The notes under the pieces were generated by a model. It saw only the letters and a list, made by a program, of their open reading frames with translations. It was not told the DNA's origin and ran no database searches. A stretch of DNA of 26,264 nt, from positions 1 to 26,264 of IMG/VR virus record IMGVR_UViG_3300005758_000048; one strand, 5' to 3'. Shown here one piece after another: positions 23,759 through 26,264 of the stretch. The position numbers and the translations under genes were made by a program. The stretch is from a virus. Lineage: Duplodnaviria; Caudoviricetes. Every line of letters begins with the position of its first letter. Within the stretch, counting starts at the first letter, position 1.

Positions 23759-25957
23759 CGCTTGCCGCCTTTCTTTACGCCCGCCAGTGTGAATTCCTTG
23801 TGTCGGGTGCGCTGCGGCTTCGTGATCGGGGCCCCGTTGATCCTGAGGCCAGCAAGCTCCGCGGCGACGCGACACATAACCGCGCAGTCCAGCCAGTGGT
23901 CCTGATCCTGCCCCGGCTTGTTTTGCCAGACTTCGAGCTCACGCTTCGTATCCACTGTCAGCTTCACGTTTTTCGATGGCGAGGTGAGCGGCTAAAATTG
24001 GATCCGCGAATGGCGAGTTGTAAGTGATCGAGCCCGGCTTTGTGGGCTCTTCGGCGAGTCCCTTCTGGATCTGTGAGCGGTAGATGTTCGCGTCAAAAAG
24101 CAGGATTTTTCGCGTCGTCGATTCCCGCTTGATGTACCACTCAACATCCTTGCCGGGTCTCTTTGATCCGTCTTTCATGCGGCGGGCCGAAATCGCCGTG
24201 TCATTGCCGCCCACGAAAATGCCACCCGCAGGGACCACGGCGCCCGAGAATTCCTCTGAGGTTGCGACAGACTCAACCACCTGCTGAGCCTTGTGCCAGC
24301 GATTATCGATGAGCGTGGGGCCAATGGTCGGCCCTTCCGGTTGCGGCAGGTCTCTCAGGCACTGCTCAATTGCGGCGCGGTGCTCCTCCTCCCAGCTCAT
24401 GCCCTGCCGCGGAAACGTCTTGCGTGCCCAGTCGTGGATTGTCCGCGGCGGCTGCATGTGGTGGAAATCAGCGATCGGTTGTTTCGGGAATGTGCCCCAG
24501 TCCACCATCCATCCAGTGAGGTCCGGAGCCCACAGGATTTGCAGCCAGTACAAGATGTGTTCCTGCACGTCGATTGCAGTTGTGAGCATTGTGCCAGACG
24601 GCGGCAGTTGCCCACGGCGAAGTCCGTTGAAGCGGCTGATGATGCCGTTCAAATCGAGATACGCGGAAACGTCCTCGTCTCCCTGCGGGTTCTGCTGCTG
24701 CTCTGCGAGGAATGCCTGACGGTCCGACAGAAACTTGTCCATCAGAGCCTGGAGGGCATCGACACAGCCCAACTCAATACGCTCCGGCCACGTGATTTCT
24801 GCACCCTCAGACATTGCCGCTTGGTTGGCCAGATAGAAATCCGTGGCCCTGCGTCGCGTCTTGTCGCCCGTCGCCAAGTCTTCGCGGCGAAGCTCATCGT
24901 ATTGATGCCACAGCGGGTTCTCCGCTTCGAGGTCCACGGGCATCGAAGGCATGGCAGCGATCCGGCGGCCGGACCACTCGGGGCGTCGCTGCCGGTCAGT
25001 GAATTCGTCTGCGAGGTCGTTTTTGGCAATCACCGTGCACGGCATGAGCATAGCAAGTTTTCGGCCGGGGCCCCGCATCCCAGTCACGGCCTGGCGGATT
25101 TTGATCGACCGCTTTTTCACCAGCTCCGGTTGCCGTGCGGTGCTGTCGTCCTGCGGGTCGTCCAGCATGACAAGATCAGGGCGGGCCGTGGTGCCGTCGG
25201 CCCTGTCATAAAATCGCCCGCGAATCGAGCTGGAGTCGATACCGGTGCAGGCGATGACAGCCTCAGACCCTGGGGCCCCGGCGATGCAGGGCAGCACCAG
25301 ATCGGGCCGGGACCGGATCCGCACCAATTGCCCACGGTAGGTGGCGGACATTTTGAGCGATCCAGCCAGCGTTCGCATGGGGTAACAGATCTCGGGGTAC
25401 AGATCATACAGCGGTTGCGATGTCTCAAGGCGGCGCTTGATGCCTTCGCGCTGGCTGGTGGCCATATCGATGTTGGCGGCGATGATCATCGCGTAACGAA
25501 CACGGCCAGTGAGGCATCCCCAGAGGGCTCCGCCGATGCTGATTTGAGTCTTGCCAAAGCCACGCTCACAGGCGAATGCTTCGTTGCCGTCGATCGATAC
25601 GGCACGCTCAACGGCTTCAATCAATGCGATGTGAGCGGCTGAGAATGCGAGATGGAAAATGTCAGGGAAACAGGTCTGCAAAAAGACGGCCAGCGATCGG
25701 TCACACTCAGCGCGTTTTTCGGGATCCACGACGGCCGGAATCTCGCCGATCTCCCGCAGGGCTGCGCGGTGTCTCGCCACCTTCTCGCGATTTGCCAGCC
25801 TGGACTCCGACCGGATCCGCTCCCGCTCCTCCGCCTGCAACTGTTCCACCATTTGCAGCACCCTCAGCTGGTCCGAACTGCTGAGCAATGCGAGCTCGGA
25901 TTCGCTCAATGAGCTCAATTCGTGGAGCGTCAGGCTGTGCGGCGGAAGCGTCCCCAT
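23755..25957 (-). CDS. terL: Terminase large subunit (GpA-like), frameshifted near 23968
   Basis: Walker A ERGFGKT, Walker B LVMLDDPQD, EQQQNP, nuclease TAIDVQ. The final motif W...PGQDQDHWLDC lies in a different frame (23755-23967). Confidence 0.9.
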
Positions 25958-26207
25958 TGGTCTGACTCTGCGGGACGGGTAGGTGAGCGTGCAAGTGAGC
26001 GTGAGCCGCCGGCTGTCGCACAGACGGCTGAGCGTTTTGGTTGTTCATCTGAAGCAAAATTGCTGCAGCTCGGACAGCTTCCCGCGGCTTTCCGGCTTTT
26101 GCAATTTTGGCCATCTGTTCCGGCAGCTGAGAAAAAACGGCGTCGGGGATTGCCCATCCCTTTTTCACAGCTTGCTCAATCATGAGAAGGTCACCGCGTT
26201 TTCCCAC
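25707..26207 (-). CDS. Putative terminase small subunit
   Basis: Helical 166-aa ORF immediately upstream of and overlapping terL; positional inference. Confidence 0.55.
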   Translation of the reverse strand: MGKRGDLLMIEQAVKKGWAIPDAVFSQLPEQMAKIAKAGKPREAVRAAAILLQMNNQNAQPSVRQPAAHAHLHAHLPVPQSQTNGDASAAQPDAPRIELIERIRARIAQQFGPAEGAANGGTVAGGGAGADPVGVQAGKSREGGETPRSPAGDRRDSGRRGSRKTR

Positions 26208-26264
26208 CCCAGACCCCTTATTTTCAGGTGCCAGTTACAGGGTTACATAGTTGCAGAGGAGGGC

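Larger units (their letters stand above)
1..26264 (-). mobile_element. Tailed phage/prophage segment (siphovirus-like morphogenesis operon plus early operon)
   Basis: Canonical order terminase-portal-protease/capsid-neck-tail tube-chaperones-tape measure-tail proteins; all credible genes are on the minus strand with frequent ATGA/TAATG overlaps. Element ends are not in the window. Confidence 0.97.

Noticed and set aside
25530-25575. Self-targeting of the phage's own terL Walker A by array unit 1657-1588
   Set aside because: Only a partial dinucleotide match (GG,GG,AA,AC agree; flanking positions differ); no full gapped match was seen, though I could not search exhaustively
24293-25642. 449-aa + strand ORF and other long antisense ORFs (3215-3883, 8352-9170, 22082-22819, 23198-23905)
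   Set aside because: Antisense shadows of well-supported genes in GC-rich DNA; no motifs

Overview
The whole window is a co-oriented (minus-strand) segment of a siphovirus-type phage or prophage; the gene families suggest a Planctomycetota host (inference). In transcription order (right to left) it carries: small and large terminase (the large one frameshifted just before its last nuclease motif), a Zn-ribbon gene, a head completion gene, a lambda-type portal, a protease/major capsid fusion, decoration, neck and tail genes, tape measure and two tail/adhesin proteins. These are followed by three GT-A glycosyltransferases and then a strong sigma70 promoter driving an early/accessory operon. Two systems stand out. 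(1) At 1560-3175, a stand-alone Cas7/RAMP-fold gene is followed by six non-coding units built from GGY-NN pentamers, each closed by a conserved GGCATGG end and separated by CCACA-rich linkers, with an accessory gene between the two blocks. This looks like a phage RNA-guided system with a non-contiguous guide code (it matches my recollection of VIPR-type loci), and one unit decodes to a Walker A-like peptide. (2) A putative virion O-glycosylation system: a ppGalNAc-T-like DxH enzyme plus two further GTs lie next to a mucin-like Thr/Pro tail protein, with Thr-rich tags on four structural proteins (TTTTAAP on three of them). No integrase, lysis gene, tRNA or classical CRISPR array was recognised. 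All functional calls come from reading motifs by eye; no searches were run.
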